Source of the DNA: Phaeosaccion multiseriatum
Lineage: Eukaryota; Protista; Ochrophyta, other classes
Direction of reading: 5' to 3'
Length of the DNA: 64,000 nucleotides
Assembly: GCA_965112735.1 (NCBI GenBank)
Contig: OZ218958.1
Location: forward strand, 1 to 64,000
The notes under the pieces were generated by a model. The model saw nothing but the letters and a program-made list of their open reading frames with translations. It did no database searches and was not told the origin of the DNA. Positions 9,501 to 19,445 of this stretch are shown piece by piece. Numbering within the stretch: position 1 is the first letter of the stretch; each line of letters starts with the position of its first letter. The translations under genes were made by a program, and so were the position numbers.

Positions 9501-11864
9501 GTCTTCTCCGCAGCTGGCAACCGCAAGCAGAGACGTCACCCTGACGCCACTGCCGCTCCTACTCCTCGCACCAAGCGTGTCGCTCGCTCCGTCTCCCTCT
9601 CTTCGGTGGGGTGGGGCCCTGAGCACTCCAAAGCCTTTCAAGCTCTGAAAGACGCTCTGGCAGATCAAGTCAAGCTTGCTCATCCTGACCCTGACAAGGC
9701 TCGCTGTGTCTTTCCTGATGCCAGTGATCTCCATTGGGGGAATGTGGTGACGCAAGTGCCCATTGAGGACCTCAGCAAGCCCATCGCCGAACAGCGCCAT
9801 GAGCCTCTTGCCTTCCTCAGCGGTAGCTTTGCCGGAGCTCAGCTCAACTACGCCACCATTGACAAGGAAGCCTTTGCTATCCTCCAGTCCTTTGAACGCC
9901 TGCCTTGGCTGATGTCTGGTGTGCACCTCTTCATCTACACTGATCACCGCAATTTGCAATACTGCTTCAGGCCCAGTAGCATCATCAGTGACGTACACAA
10001 GCCAGCACGCGAGCGATTGCAACGTTGGTCTGTGTTCATCTCGGGCTTTGATTATGAAATCGCCCACCTTAGTGGCGAGCTGAACGTGTGGGGTGACATG
10101 ACCTCTCGCTTCCGCTCAGTCCCAGGCTCTGCTACAAAGCCTCTTGATCCTCCGGAAGACCACACTGTACGCGTGAGTGCCCTCCAACGCACCTTCTCTC
10201 CAGGATCAGTGCACGACTCCATGGACAGTGACTTTGAGTGGCCCTCTCTCGCGGAGATTCGCTCTTCTCAAGCGGCTGCCCAAGGCACGCTCACTCTCGA
10301 AGCGCTCGCAGCTCAGCAGCACCTTGCTTCTCTAGAGCATGATGCTAACCTCGACGCCATTGTGGTACCTCAATCGGCGTCTTCACGTCCCCTGTGGATA
10401 CCCAATGACGACATTGACCTACAAGTCCGACTCTCTGTCATTGCACATCAAGGATCGGCAGGGCATCGCGCTGCCGACACCACTCTCTCCGTTCTCTCGG
10501 AACGATTCCACTGGCACACCATTGGTGCCGACCTGACTCGCTTTGTTGACCTCTGCCTCCATTGCCTCACCAACTCCCATGGGCATCGCATACCTCGCCC
10601 TCTTCGCGGTGCGGTCCACCCTACCAAGCCCAATCAGATGATTCATTTCGACTTCGTCCACATGCATGACTTGGGCTGCACCTCCTTGCCATACCTGTTG
10701 GTCATCCAAGATGCCTTCAGTGGTTACACAATGCTCAACGAATGCGCTTCCACTACTGCAGACGCAGCTGTCGGTGGATTGATGCGCTGGTTCAGCACAT
10801 TTGGAGTAGTGAGCAAGTGGCAGAGTGATCGAGGCAGTCACTTCCTCAACCATGTGATGAAGCGCCTAGCGACTGAGCTTCGCGCTAAACATCGCTTCTC
10901 GGCTCCATACTCTGCTTGGAGTAATGGTCTCGCTGAACGAGCTGTACGCACTGTCGTTTCAGTCTACCGCTCTCTCCTCTCTGAGTTTCGCATTGACGCG
11001 GACGACTACAATCTGATCACACCTCTGGTCCAAGCTGCCATCAACACCACGATCAGCTCGACCCGCAAAGAGACTCCACTCTTTCTGCACACTGGCCTAC
11101 GTTCGACAACTCCACTTGATATCGTCCTGCAACAGGGCGACAGCTTCGATGTTGACTTCCAATCTTCGCCGCCAACTCTTGAACAGCTCAACCACTATGG
11201 TGCTCAGCTGCAAGCGGTTCTTGAAGAGAGACACGAACGGGTTGCTGCTCAACTTGAGCGCTCGCGGGCGACGGCTCGCGACCGTCACAATCGTCGTCTG
11301 GACACTACTCGTCTTGGACATCAACACCGCAAGGAGCTGGCTCTCTCGGCTGCCCTCAACTACGAAGGCCTCTACATGCCGGGCATCTATGTCCTTGTCG
11401 CTTCCAACAGCCGCTACTCCAAGCTCTCTGGAGTGTGGCAAGGCCCTTATAAAGTGCTGGAGGAGATTGACACTCTGGTCTACAAAGTGCAACACCTTGT
11501 CTCGAAGCAAACCTCTGAAGTGCACGCTTGCCGCTTGCGCTACTACGCTGACCAGCATCTCAATGTCAGTACTGAGCTACTTAAGCAGATCTCACACGAC
11601 TCAGCCTCCTGGGTCGTCTCCGCCTTCAAGGACCTACAACGTCCCTCTCAAGGCGCTCCCTGGCAGGTTCACACCTCCTGGAAGGGCTTCAATGCCACCG
11701 ACGATACTTGGGAACCTTTGACAGTCATGAATGATGACGTTCCTGCTCTTTTAGAGCAATTCCTCTCCTCTTTCCCTCGTCGCTCTTTGGCGGAGGATGC
11801 TAAGCGCTTCCTTCGGTCTCGCGGCCCCTCGTCACGCCGACGCCCGCGAGCAGGCCGCCGATAA
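6522..11864 (+). CDS. Gag-Pol polyprotein, 1780 aa (zinc knuckle, aspartic protease, RT, RNase H, integrase, chromodomain)
   Basis: CFKCGNSDHTVYTC (CX2CX4HX4C); LVDTGAE; ELDLANMFWQ and WIDN (RT); PDAS...KEAFA...YTDHRNL (RNase H); H..H..CLHC, HFDF, SDRGSHF, NGLAER (integrase); GPYKV; WKGFNATDDTWEPL (chromodomain). Confidence 0.97.
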   Translation: MANNKNKRKGKAKEAEAVQDVADSDDVAGAADAASEANDEAAASGTDEENGSSSSSSGSDSEEESQRMPATASSVAIFSLTAPNFPSGEVTEKALIAFFKQYETYLRRYNAIVGSKPDLTTLEVLLPTHYLTSLGAQLGKATSAITHEFLYKHLQQLVEPEAGSCSDHGNALLKDLKSKLYLPPDTQNPVGSLNQQMHGLLEKHGQTRVFFKEDNTQVSTESCQVLCNALLQACNRPQGLKGYLTRYFTLHKNLLKTYVPFLQQLTLMVDQYLPIYRCIQQDTSNGAVALPSLEEIQRLVITGGGKKPAGGGRRQQQQQQQQPKRDAPASADSRATAPPLKKPKKQGRESKARACFKCGNSDHTVYTCPQLKNKAERMKVMSDRNLPWNPPKNYEVSTLTTANDLLSHSPTDGTISLFSSSPASLHALTHQTGQLKKRSLECLVDTGAETFCLLPRPVADEMVADGMDVSIRALPKPVQLQPFGCSTSQVITHELSNFHFHIHTDAGPLSSVALPPLTALLFEPREDEAPLFYLGKGLAQQLGLALPREQLRQQAEKQAAVAGSEVPFELRNSTPTDASSATVRVSSLLQAGASLASLPEQYIGDNANFSIDLWDCSSDDVYASQYTSDEVFHVASATFTARSEVGTSNNEPLARYDDPLPEVSDSPVLPETQIKEALLPIAQSAIGFSDTAALYEVLTSHPEVWRGKALLHDPPAKVDPMVIRLKDGAEPICQLPIYQSGARRDFLRDFTDELSKFGYHYPNPQAVWASRAFCIQKPGKPGQFRQVADYQEVNLRTLRSRFPMPNLSEISAKMRGARFFCELDLANMFWQLPLDLSSQEILTYCTPDGKFTPTRVTQGILNASEFAQSTLAKCLSEHFGTNLVTWIDNITIWAHTEEEFRSILQSVLDALAKAGFKLGLSGVSIGNSQKFCGKIYDGDGVKHDPVKIQGLLDLEEPKNGAELIQFVAAAGWMRDCIPRFAELVAPLQELNQTVFSAAGNRKQRRHPDATAAPTPRTKRVARSVSLSSVGWGPEHSKAFQALKDALADQVKLAHPDPDKARCVFPDASDLHWGNVVTQVPIEDLSKPIAEQRHEPLAFLSGSFAGAQLNYATIDKEAFAILQSFERLPWLMSGVHLFIYTDHRNLQYCFRPSSIISDVHKPARERLQRWSVFISGFDYEIAHLSGELNVWGDMTSRFRSVPGSATKPLDPPEDHTVRVSALQRTFSPGSVHDSMDSDFEWPSLAEIRSSQAAAQGTLTLEALAAQQHLASLEHDANLDAIVVPQSASSRPLWIPNDDIDLQVRLSVIAHQGSAGHRAADTTLSVLSERFHWHTIGADLTRFVDLCLHCLTNSHGHRIPRPLRGAVHPTKPNQMIHFDFVHMHDLGCTSLPYLLVIQDAFSGYTMLNECASTTADAAVGGLMRWFSTFGVVSKWQSDRGSHFLNHVMKRLATELRAKHRFSAPYSAWSNGLAERAVRTVVSVYRSLLSEFRIDADDYNLITPLVQAAINTTISSTRKETPLFLHTGLRSTTPLDIVLQQGDSFDVDFQSSPPTLEQLNHYGAQLQAVLEERHERVAAQLERSRATARDRHNRRLDTTRLGHQHRKELALSAALNYEGLYMPGIYVLVASNSRYSKLSGVWQGPYKVLEEIDTLVYKVQHLVSKQTSEVHACRLRYYADQHLNVSTELLKQISHDSASWVVSAFKDLQRPSQGAPWQVHTSWKGFNATDDTWEPLTVMNDDVPALLEQFLSSFPRRSLAEDAKRFLRSRGPSSRRRPRAGRR

Positions 11865-11913
11865 GGAAACCCTTCGGGAACCCTTTTTGGTTACTTTTAT
11901 TCATATGAACATG

Positions 11914-11945
<32 letters not shown>

Positions 11946-12008
11946 TTCTCTTTTAGCATTTAGTTTAGTCACGCTCTCGTTAGTCGAGCTTCTCTCTCGA
12001 GGGGGAAG

Positions 12009-12282
12009 TGTTGCCCCTACAGCCTCATATTCATTGCCTTAGTACGTGTAACTGTCACCATGCCCATATGACATCTTACGTGGCACAATGAGGTGGCACA
12101 CAGCCCACCGGGAGTAGTAGTCTGTGGCGCTCCCTCACTCTTAGCTTATCCACCCTAAAGCTAAAGGAGACTCGGCTCTTTACTAGAGCTGAGGCAAGGC
12201 CTCCAAACTTTACAACCTTGCACCCATCTCTTCAAATATTGGCTCACTTTCCGACTTGCTAGCGATAGCGGGATTGGCTACA
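12009..12282 (+). repeat. 3' LTR of element 1
   Basis: Follows the PPT GAGGGGGAAG, ends in CA and abuts the 42-bp satellite. Confidence 0.88.
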
Positions 12283-14114
12283 AGATCCACTTCGTTCGAG
12301 GCCTCTAGACCCGGGATCCAGTTGAGATCCACTTCGTTCGAGGCCTCTACACCCGGGATCCAGTCGAGATGCACTTCGTTCGAGGCCTCTAGACCCGGGA
12401 TCCAGTTGAGATCCACTTCGTTCGAGGCCTTTAGACCCGGGAGCCAGTTGCGATCCACTTCGTCCGAGGCCTCTAGACCCGAGAGCCAGTCGAGATCCAC
12501 TTCGTCCGAGGCCTCTAGACCCGAGAGCCCGTCGAGATCCACTTCGTCCGAGGCCTCTAGACCCGGGATCCAGTTGAGATCCACTTCGTTCGAGGCCTCT
12601 AGACCCGGGATCCAGTTGAGATCCACTTCGTTCGAGGCCTCTAGACCCGGGAGCCAGTTGAGATCCACTTCGTTCGAGGCCTCTAGACCCGGGATCCAGT
12701 TGAGATCCACTTCGTTCGAGGCCTCTACACCCGGGATCCAGTCGAGATGCACTTCGTTCGAGGCCTCTAGACCCGGGATCCATTTGAGATCCACTTCGTT
12801 CGAGGCCTCTAGACCCGTGAGCCAGTTGAGATCCACTTCGTCCGAGGCCTCTAGACCCGAGAGCCAGTCGAGATCCACTTCGTCCGAGGCCTCTAGACCC
12901 GGGATCCAGTTGAGATCCACTTCGTTCGAGGCCTCTAGACCCGGGAGCCAGTTGAGATCCACTTGGTTCGAGGCCTCTAGACCCGAGAGCCAGTCGAGAG
13001 CCACTTCGTTCGAGGCCTCTAGACCCGGGATCCAGTGGAGAACCACTTCGTCCGAGGCCTCAGGACTCGAGAAGCAGTGGAGAACCACTTCGTGCGAGGC
13101 CTCAGGACTCGAGAACCACTTGAGAACCACTTCGTCCGAGGCCTCAGGACTCGAGAACCAGTCGAGAACCTCTTCGTCCGCGGCCTCAGGACTCGAGAAC
13201 CAGTCGAGAACCACTTCGTTCGAGGCCTCAGGACTCGATAACGACTTGAGAACCACTTCGTCCGAGGCCTCAGGACTCGAGAACGACTTGAGAACCACTT
13301 CGTCCGAGGCCTCAGGACTCGAGAAGCAGTGGAGAACCACTTCGTCCGCGGCCTCAGGACTCGAGAACCAGTCGAGAACCACTTCTTCCGCGGCCTCAGG
13401 ACTCGAGAACCACTTGAGAACCACTTCGTCCGAGGCCTCAGGACTCGAGAACCACTTGAGAACCACTTCGTCCGAGGCCTCAGGACTCGAGAACCAGTCG
13501 AGAACCACTTCGTCCGCGGCCTCAGGACTCGAGAACCAGTCGAGAACCACTCCTTCCGAGGCCTCAGGACTCGAGAACCACTTGAGAACCACTTCGTGCG
13601 AGGCCTCAGGACTCGAGAACCAGTGGAGAACCACTTCGTCCGAGGCCTGAGGACTCGAGAACCAGTCGAGAACCACTTCGTCCGCGGCCTCAGGACTCGA
13701 GAACCAGTGGAGAACCACTTCTTCCGAGGCCTCAGGACTCGAGAACCACTTGAGAACCACTTCTTCCGAGGCCAGAGGACTCGAGAACCAGTGGAGAATC
13801 ACTTCGTCCGAGGCCTCAGGACTCGAGAACCAGTGGGGAACCACTTCGTCCGAGGCCTCAGGACTCGAGAACCACTTGAGAACCACTTCGTCCGAGGCCT
13901 CAGGACTCGAGAACCAGTCGAGAACCCCTTCGTCCGAGGCCTCAGGACTCGAGAACCACTTGAGAACCACTTCGTCCTATGCCTCAGGACTCGAGAACCA
14001 GTGGAGAACCACTTCCTCCGAGGCCTCAGGACTCGAGAACCAGTGGGGAACCGCTTCGTCCGAGGCCTCAGGACTCGAGAACCAGTGGAGAACCACTTCG
14101 TCCGAGGCCTCAGG
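12283..14114. repeat. 42-bp subtelomeric satellite, about 43 units in two variant blocks
   Basis: Block A (to about 13035) has unit GAGATCCACTTCGTTCGAGGCCTCTAGACCCGGGATCCAGTT. Block B has unit GAGAACCACTTCGTCCGAGGCCTCAGGACTCGAGAACCAGTG. The ORF track shows 14-aa periodicity. Confidence 0.95.
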
Positions 14115-16197
14115 TGTTGGAAGGCCTCAGAGTGAGAAGGACCATAAGTCAATGGTCGGTGTGTCCTATATTACGTAGATTCTGAGTGGAGGAGGACGTC
14201 AGAACGGTGATCTTGGTATAAGGAGAGCCTAGCAGCAGGGCTTGCAAACGGGTTCCATCCCCAAGGCGCTCAGGCCGGCCCTACTGCATGCCACGCACGG
14301 CGATGCGGTCTCAGGCGGCCATCACGGGCCAGGGCGGATGCTGGATGCGCTGCAGGAGCGAGTGTGGTGGCCCTCCATGAACGGGCATGCGCTGTACTGG
14401 GCCCGTTCATGTCTTGCGTGCCAGACACGCAAGACACCACGGAGGCGACCTCCACAGGTTCCGCTCTCGTCCATATCATCGGCGGCTGTGAATGGGCCAT
14501 GGGCGGTTATGGGTGCTGACGTGGCCGGACCTTTCCCCATGGCCATGGGGGGGGAGGAGTACATTTTGGTGTTTCAAGATTGGTTCACCAAATGGACAGT
14601 GGTGGTGCCATTGTGCGCCAAGGACTATACAGCGGAGGGCATTGCTCGGGCATTCGTGCGGCACGTAGTGACGGTGCTGGGGGCGCCCAAGGTGCTGGTC
14701 AGTGACCAAGGGTCGCAGTTCACGAGCACGCTCATGGCCGATGTGCTGCGCGTACTCCAGACATCACAAGTCTTCACTACGCCGATGCATCAGCAAGCCA
14801 ATGGGCAAGTGGAGCGCTTCATGGCCACGATGAAGGACATGCTGGCGACAACAGTGGAGGCCCAGATGCAGCAGTGGCCTGAGTATGTTCCCACGCTCAC
14901 GTACGCGTACAACTGCAGAGCTCACAAGACCACAGGCCTCTCCCCGTACTACACCCTCTTCGGTCGACACCCCCCGATTCCACTTCAAGCGATGCTGCCT
15001 GCCCTCGAGGAGGACGGCTCGTTCGAGACGCCTTCGGCATGGGTGCACGAGCTGAGGGCGCGGATGGCAGCGGCGGCGCAGGTGGTGACGGGCAGGCGCG
15101 AGGAGTATCGCAGCAGGCTACAGCTCAAGAACCGTGAGCGTCGCTGGCCAGCGCCGATGCCTCCTGGCACTAAGGTGTGGTTGTACCGTCCAGGGGGGGT
15201 GGCGCAGGAGGAGGGTGAGGCCATGGAGGAGCAGAAGGCACTGACGCTCAAGGCGCTGAGTCATGCTTGGGACGGACCGTTCCAAGTCCTGGCTTGGCCC
15301 ACACAGCAGGCCTTCCAGGCGCGACATGGTGGCATACTCAACGACGAGCACTACGCGGTGATGCGCCGTAGCACGGTGTATCTGGATGTGCCGAGGGTCA
15401 GAGGCGGGGGAGTGGAGTTCAAGCAAGGGGCGTACCATAGGGACCTCACCAAGCCGTTCGTTGATGGGGTGAGTGGCCAGCCGCAAGGACTACCAGATGG
15501 GTTCGCTCGATACCACATCCGGTACTGCTCAGCCCACTGGGGTACTAGTGCACTGCAGGAGAAGCGTAGCGTGACCGATGACGAGGTTGGGATAGGGCGG
15601 GCGCCCGAGCTGGCGCGGATAGTGAAGATGAGGTGGCGTAAGGCCACAGGGCAGCCCCTACGGCGTGAGTACTGTGTACGTTGGGCTGTACGGGAGGGTG
15701 GCAGTTATCAGACGTGGGAGTGGGACGATTGGCTCTTGCGGCGCGGGGAGAGGGCGGCAATAGAGGCATTCGAGGACTCTTTGGCGCCAGGGGCGTTGGA
15801 CCCGAGCGTGCAGCGCAAGCGTGGGCAGCGGTCTAAACGAGAGCGCACCGTGCGCTCCATGTTGCACGAGAAGTGGGGGATGGGCATCGCTGCGGAGACG
15901 GCGCAACATTTGGGGTTCTAGACCTTGCGGTGGTGGTGGTCGCAGAGACGGGATAGGCATTGGGGATGTTGGAAGGTTACGGGATAGGCATTGGGGATGT
16001 TGGAAGGCCTCAGAGTGAGAAGGACCATAAGTCAATGGTCGGTGTGTCCTATATTACGTAGATTCTGAGTGGAGGAGGACGTCAGAACGGTGATCTTGGT
16101 ATAAGGAGAGCCTAGCAGCAGGGCTTGCAAACGGGTTCCATCCCGTATAATATATCAAGGGTTACCACTTGTCTAAGCGGCTTAGGTCGCTTTTACA
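14115..16197 (+). mobile_element. Internally deleted Ty3/Gypsy chromodomain LTR element (element 2) with 4-bp TSD CAGG
   Basis: Partial 5' LTR 14115-14261 matches 15998-16144. The full 3' LTR is 15998-16197 (TGTTGG...TTTTACA). CAGG flanks both ends (14111-14114, 16198-16201). Confidence 0.9.
14242..15921 (+). pseudogene. Integrase plus chromodomain remnant of element 2 pol (open frame, 5'-truncated, no ATG before the HHCC motif)
   Basis: HGDAVSGGHHG...CLAC; GADVAGP; VSDQGSQF; NGQVER; WDGPFQV; chromodomain-like EYCVRW...QTWE. Gag, PR, RT and RH are absent. Confidence 0.88.
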
Positions 16198-18790
16198 CAG
16201 GACCCCACAGAGGCCCATGTTCAACCCCACCGAGCACACCATCGACGCCGCGCAGACTCATTGCGACCATGGTGGGACCACTTCAACCCCACCGGCCCAC
16301 AGAAGGGATTGTTCAACCCTCCCGTGTCGAAATCAGGCCCAGATTGCCCACCGGGGCCCACAGATGAGCCTGTTCAACCCCACAGAGGCGCATGTTCAAC
16401 CCCGCTGAGCACGTCATAGACGGAGCGCAGACTCATGGCGACCATGGTGGGACCATTTCAACCCCACCGGCCCATAGAAGGCATTGTTCAACCCTCCCGT
16501 ACCGAAATCAGGCCCAGATTGCTTGCCCACGGGGGCCCACAGATGGGCCTGTTCAACCCCACAGAGGCCCATGTTCAACGCCGCCGAGCACACCATAGAC
16601 GCAGCGCAGACTCATTGCGACCATGGTGGGACCATTTCAACCCCACCGGCCCACAGAAGGCATTGTTCAACCCTCCCTTACCGAGATCAGGCCTAGATTG
16701 CCCACCGGGGGCGGCTCCACAGATGGGCCTGTTCGACCTCACAGAGGCCCATGTTCAGATGTTCAGCCCCACCGAGCACACCGTAGACGCAGCGCAGCCT
16801 AATTGAGACCATGGTGGGACCATTTCAACCCCACCGGTCCACAGAAGCCATTGTTCAACCCTCCCGTGTCGAAATCAGGCCCAGATTGCCCACCGGGGTC
16901 CACAGATGGGCCTGTTCAACCCCACAGAGGCCCATGTTCAACCCCGCCGAGCACACCAGAGACGCAGCGCAGACTCATTGCGACCATGGTGGGACCATTT
17001 CAACCCCACCAGTCCAGAGAAGGCCCAGTTCAACCCTCCCGTGTCGCAATCGGGCGCCGGATGACCCACCAGGGCTCACAGATGGGCCATTTCAACCCCA
17101 CAGAACAGAGTGTACAACCACACCGAGCAGCCCAGAGACGCCCGGCAGACCCATGACGACCATGGTGGGACCATTTCAACCCCACCGGCCCAGAGAAAGC
17201 ACAGTTCAACCCTCCCGTGTCGCAATCAGGCGCCAGATGGCCCACCGGGGCTCACAGATGGGCCATTTCAACCCCACAGAACAGAGTGTACAACCACACC
17301 GGGCACACCAGAGACGTGCGATAGACTCATGACGACCATGGTGGGACCATTTCCCCCCCGCTGGCCCAGAGAAAGCCCAGTTCAACCCTCCCGTGTCGAA
17401 ATCAGGCGCCAGATGACCCACCGGGGCTCACAGATGGGCCATTTCAACCCCACAGAACAGTGTGTACAACCACACCGAGCACACCAAAGACGCCCCGTAG
17501 ACGCATGTCGACCATGGTGGAACCATTTCAACCCCACCGGCCCAGAGAAAGCCCAGTTCAACCCTCCCGTGTCGAAATCAGGCGCGAGATGGCCCACCAG
17601 GGCTCACAGATGGGCAATTTCAACCCCACAGAACAGAGTGTGCAACCACACCGGGCACACCCGCGACGCACGGTAGACTCATGACGACCACGGTGGGACC
17701 ATGTCAACCCCGCCGGCCCAGAGAAAGCACAGTTCAACCCTCCCGCGTCGAAATCGGGCGCCGGATGGCCCACCGGGGCTCACAGATGGGCCATTTCAAC
17801 CCCACAGAACAGAGTGTACAACCACACCGGGCACACCCGAGACGCCCGGCAGACTCATGACGACCATGGTGGGACAATTTCAACCCCACCGGTCCAGAGA
17901 AATCCCAGTTCAACCCTCGCGTGTCGAAATCAGGCGCCAGATGGCCCACCAGGGCTCACAGATGGGCCATTTCAACCCCACAGAACAGAGTGTACAACCA
18001 CACCGGGCACACCAAAGACGCCCTGTAGACGCATGACGACCATGGTGGAACCATTTCAACCCCACCGGCCCAGAGAATGCACAGTTCAACCCTCCCGTGT
18101 CGCAATCGGGCGCCAGATGACCCACCGGGGCCCACAGATGGGCCATTTCAACCCCACAGAACAGAGTGTACAACCACACCGGGCACACCAGAGACGCATC
18201 GCAGACTCATGACGACCATGGCGGGACCATGTCAGCCCCACCGACCCAGAGAAAGCACAGTTCAACCCTCCCTTGTCAAATCACACGCGAGATGGCCCAC
18301 CGGGGCTCACAGATGGGCCATTTCAACCCCACAGAACAGAGTGTACAACCACACCGAGCACACCAGAGACGTATCCCAGACTCTTAACAACCATGGTGGG
18401 ACCATTTCAACCCCACCGGCCCAGACACAGCACAGTTCAACCCTCCCGGGTCGAAATCGGGCCCAGATTGCCCACCGGGGCCCACAGATTGGCCTGTTCA
18501 ACCCCACAGAACAGAGTGTACAACCACACCGAGCACACCGGAGACGCGCGACAGACTCATGACGACCATGGTGGGACCCCTTCAACCCCACCGGCCCACA
18601 GAAGGCATTGTTCAACCCTCCCGTGTCGAAATCGGGCGCCAGATGGCCCACCGGGGCCCACAGATGGGCGTGTTCAACCCCACCGGGCACACCGTTGACG
18701 CAGGGCAGACTCATTTCGACCATGATGGGACCATTTCAACCCCACGGGCCCCTAGAAGGCACAGTTCAACCCTCCCGGGTCGAAATCAGG
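16198..18790. repeat. About 176-bp subtelomeric satellite, about 14-15 units, built from TTCAACCC-cored subrepeats
   Basis: Equivalent ORFs recur at 17030, 17206, 17382, 17558, 17734 and 17910 (176-bp spacing). Recurrent motifs include CCATGGTGGGACCATTTCAACCCCACC and CACAGATGGGCC. Confidence 0.93.
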
Positions 18791-19391
18791 CGGAGTGCCT
18801 GCCTGGCTGGTGCTCTGGCTGGGACAAATTGGGGCTGAGGGAGGCCCTGGACATTGCAAAGCACAACCTTCCCACCAAGGTACATGCAATGGGGACTGTG
18901 GAGCAGATGGACCACTTCTGGGCCGTGCTGAAAGGACACGATTTGGTCCGGGGGCTGCCCAAGAGACGGCCCCACCAGAACCGCACGCACAACGTGTCAC
19001 AGCAGGCCAGACAGAGAGACCAATGTACATTGGAGGCATCACGCGTTTGCTAGACTGGTACTGTACAGTATCATACCTCGGAGACAGGGACATGACCTTA
19101 CAGTGTAGAGACAGCCAGGGCCTTGGCAGGGCCTTGGCAGGGCCTTGGTAGCCCCTCCGCCGCTTGGGAGCGAGGCACTGTGGAGATTCGAAGAGAGCCC
19201 TGAACCCTTACAAGTACTGTACTGCGTGTTACTAAAATAGAACTCTCATCTACACCTCAACCTTTGGGTCATGCTGCGCTCCTACCCTGCCCTGCCTCCC
19301 CCCTTCAGCCACCTGTCCTCCTCTGATGCCTCCGATCCATCCCGGTGAAGCATGTGAAGCAGCGCCACGCCTCCCTGTCCACCTCAGCCTC

Positions 19392-19433
<42 letters not shown>

Positions 19434-19445
19434 ACGTTGTCGGAG

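Larger units (their letters stand above)
6090..12282 (+). mobile_element. Ty3/Gypsy chromodomain LTR retrotransposon (element 1), full length
   Basis: Two identical 274-bp LTRs, PPT at 11999-12008, and a single gag-pol ORF with PR-RT-RH-IN-chromodomain order. Confidence 0.95.

Noticed and set aside
6522-11864. DIRS, Copia or endogenous retrovirus assignment
   Set aside because: The domain order is RT-RH-IN with a DDE integrase and chromodomain. There is no tyrosine recombinase and no env ORF.
12210-14178. Long ORFs (586, 464 and 268 aa) over the 42-bp satellite as protein genes
   Set aside because: They are open because the unit length is a multiple of 3 and mostly stop-free. They lack ATG starts, are open on both strands and run into LTRs.
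12283-18790. CRISPR-like appearance of the 42-bp and 176-bp arrays
   Set aside because: The units are contiguous with no unique spacers, there are no cas genes, and the context is eukaryotic.
18790-19250. Possible coding fragment (WDKLGLREALDIAKHN...) after the 176-bp satellite
   Set aside because: It is short, with no recognisable motif, start codon or splice structure.
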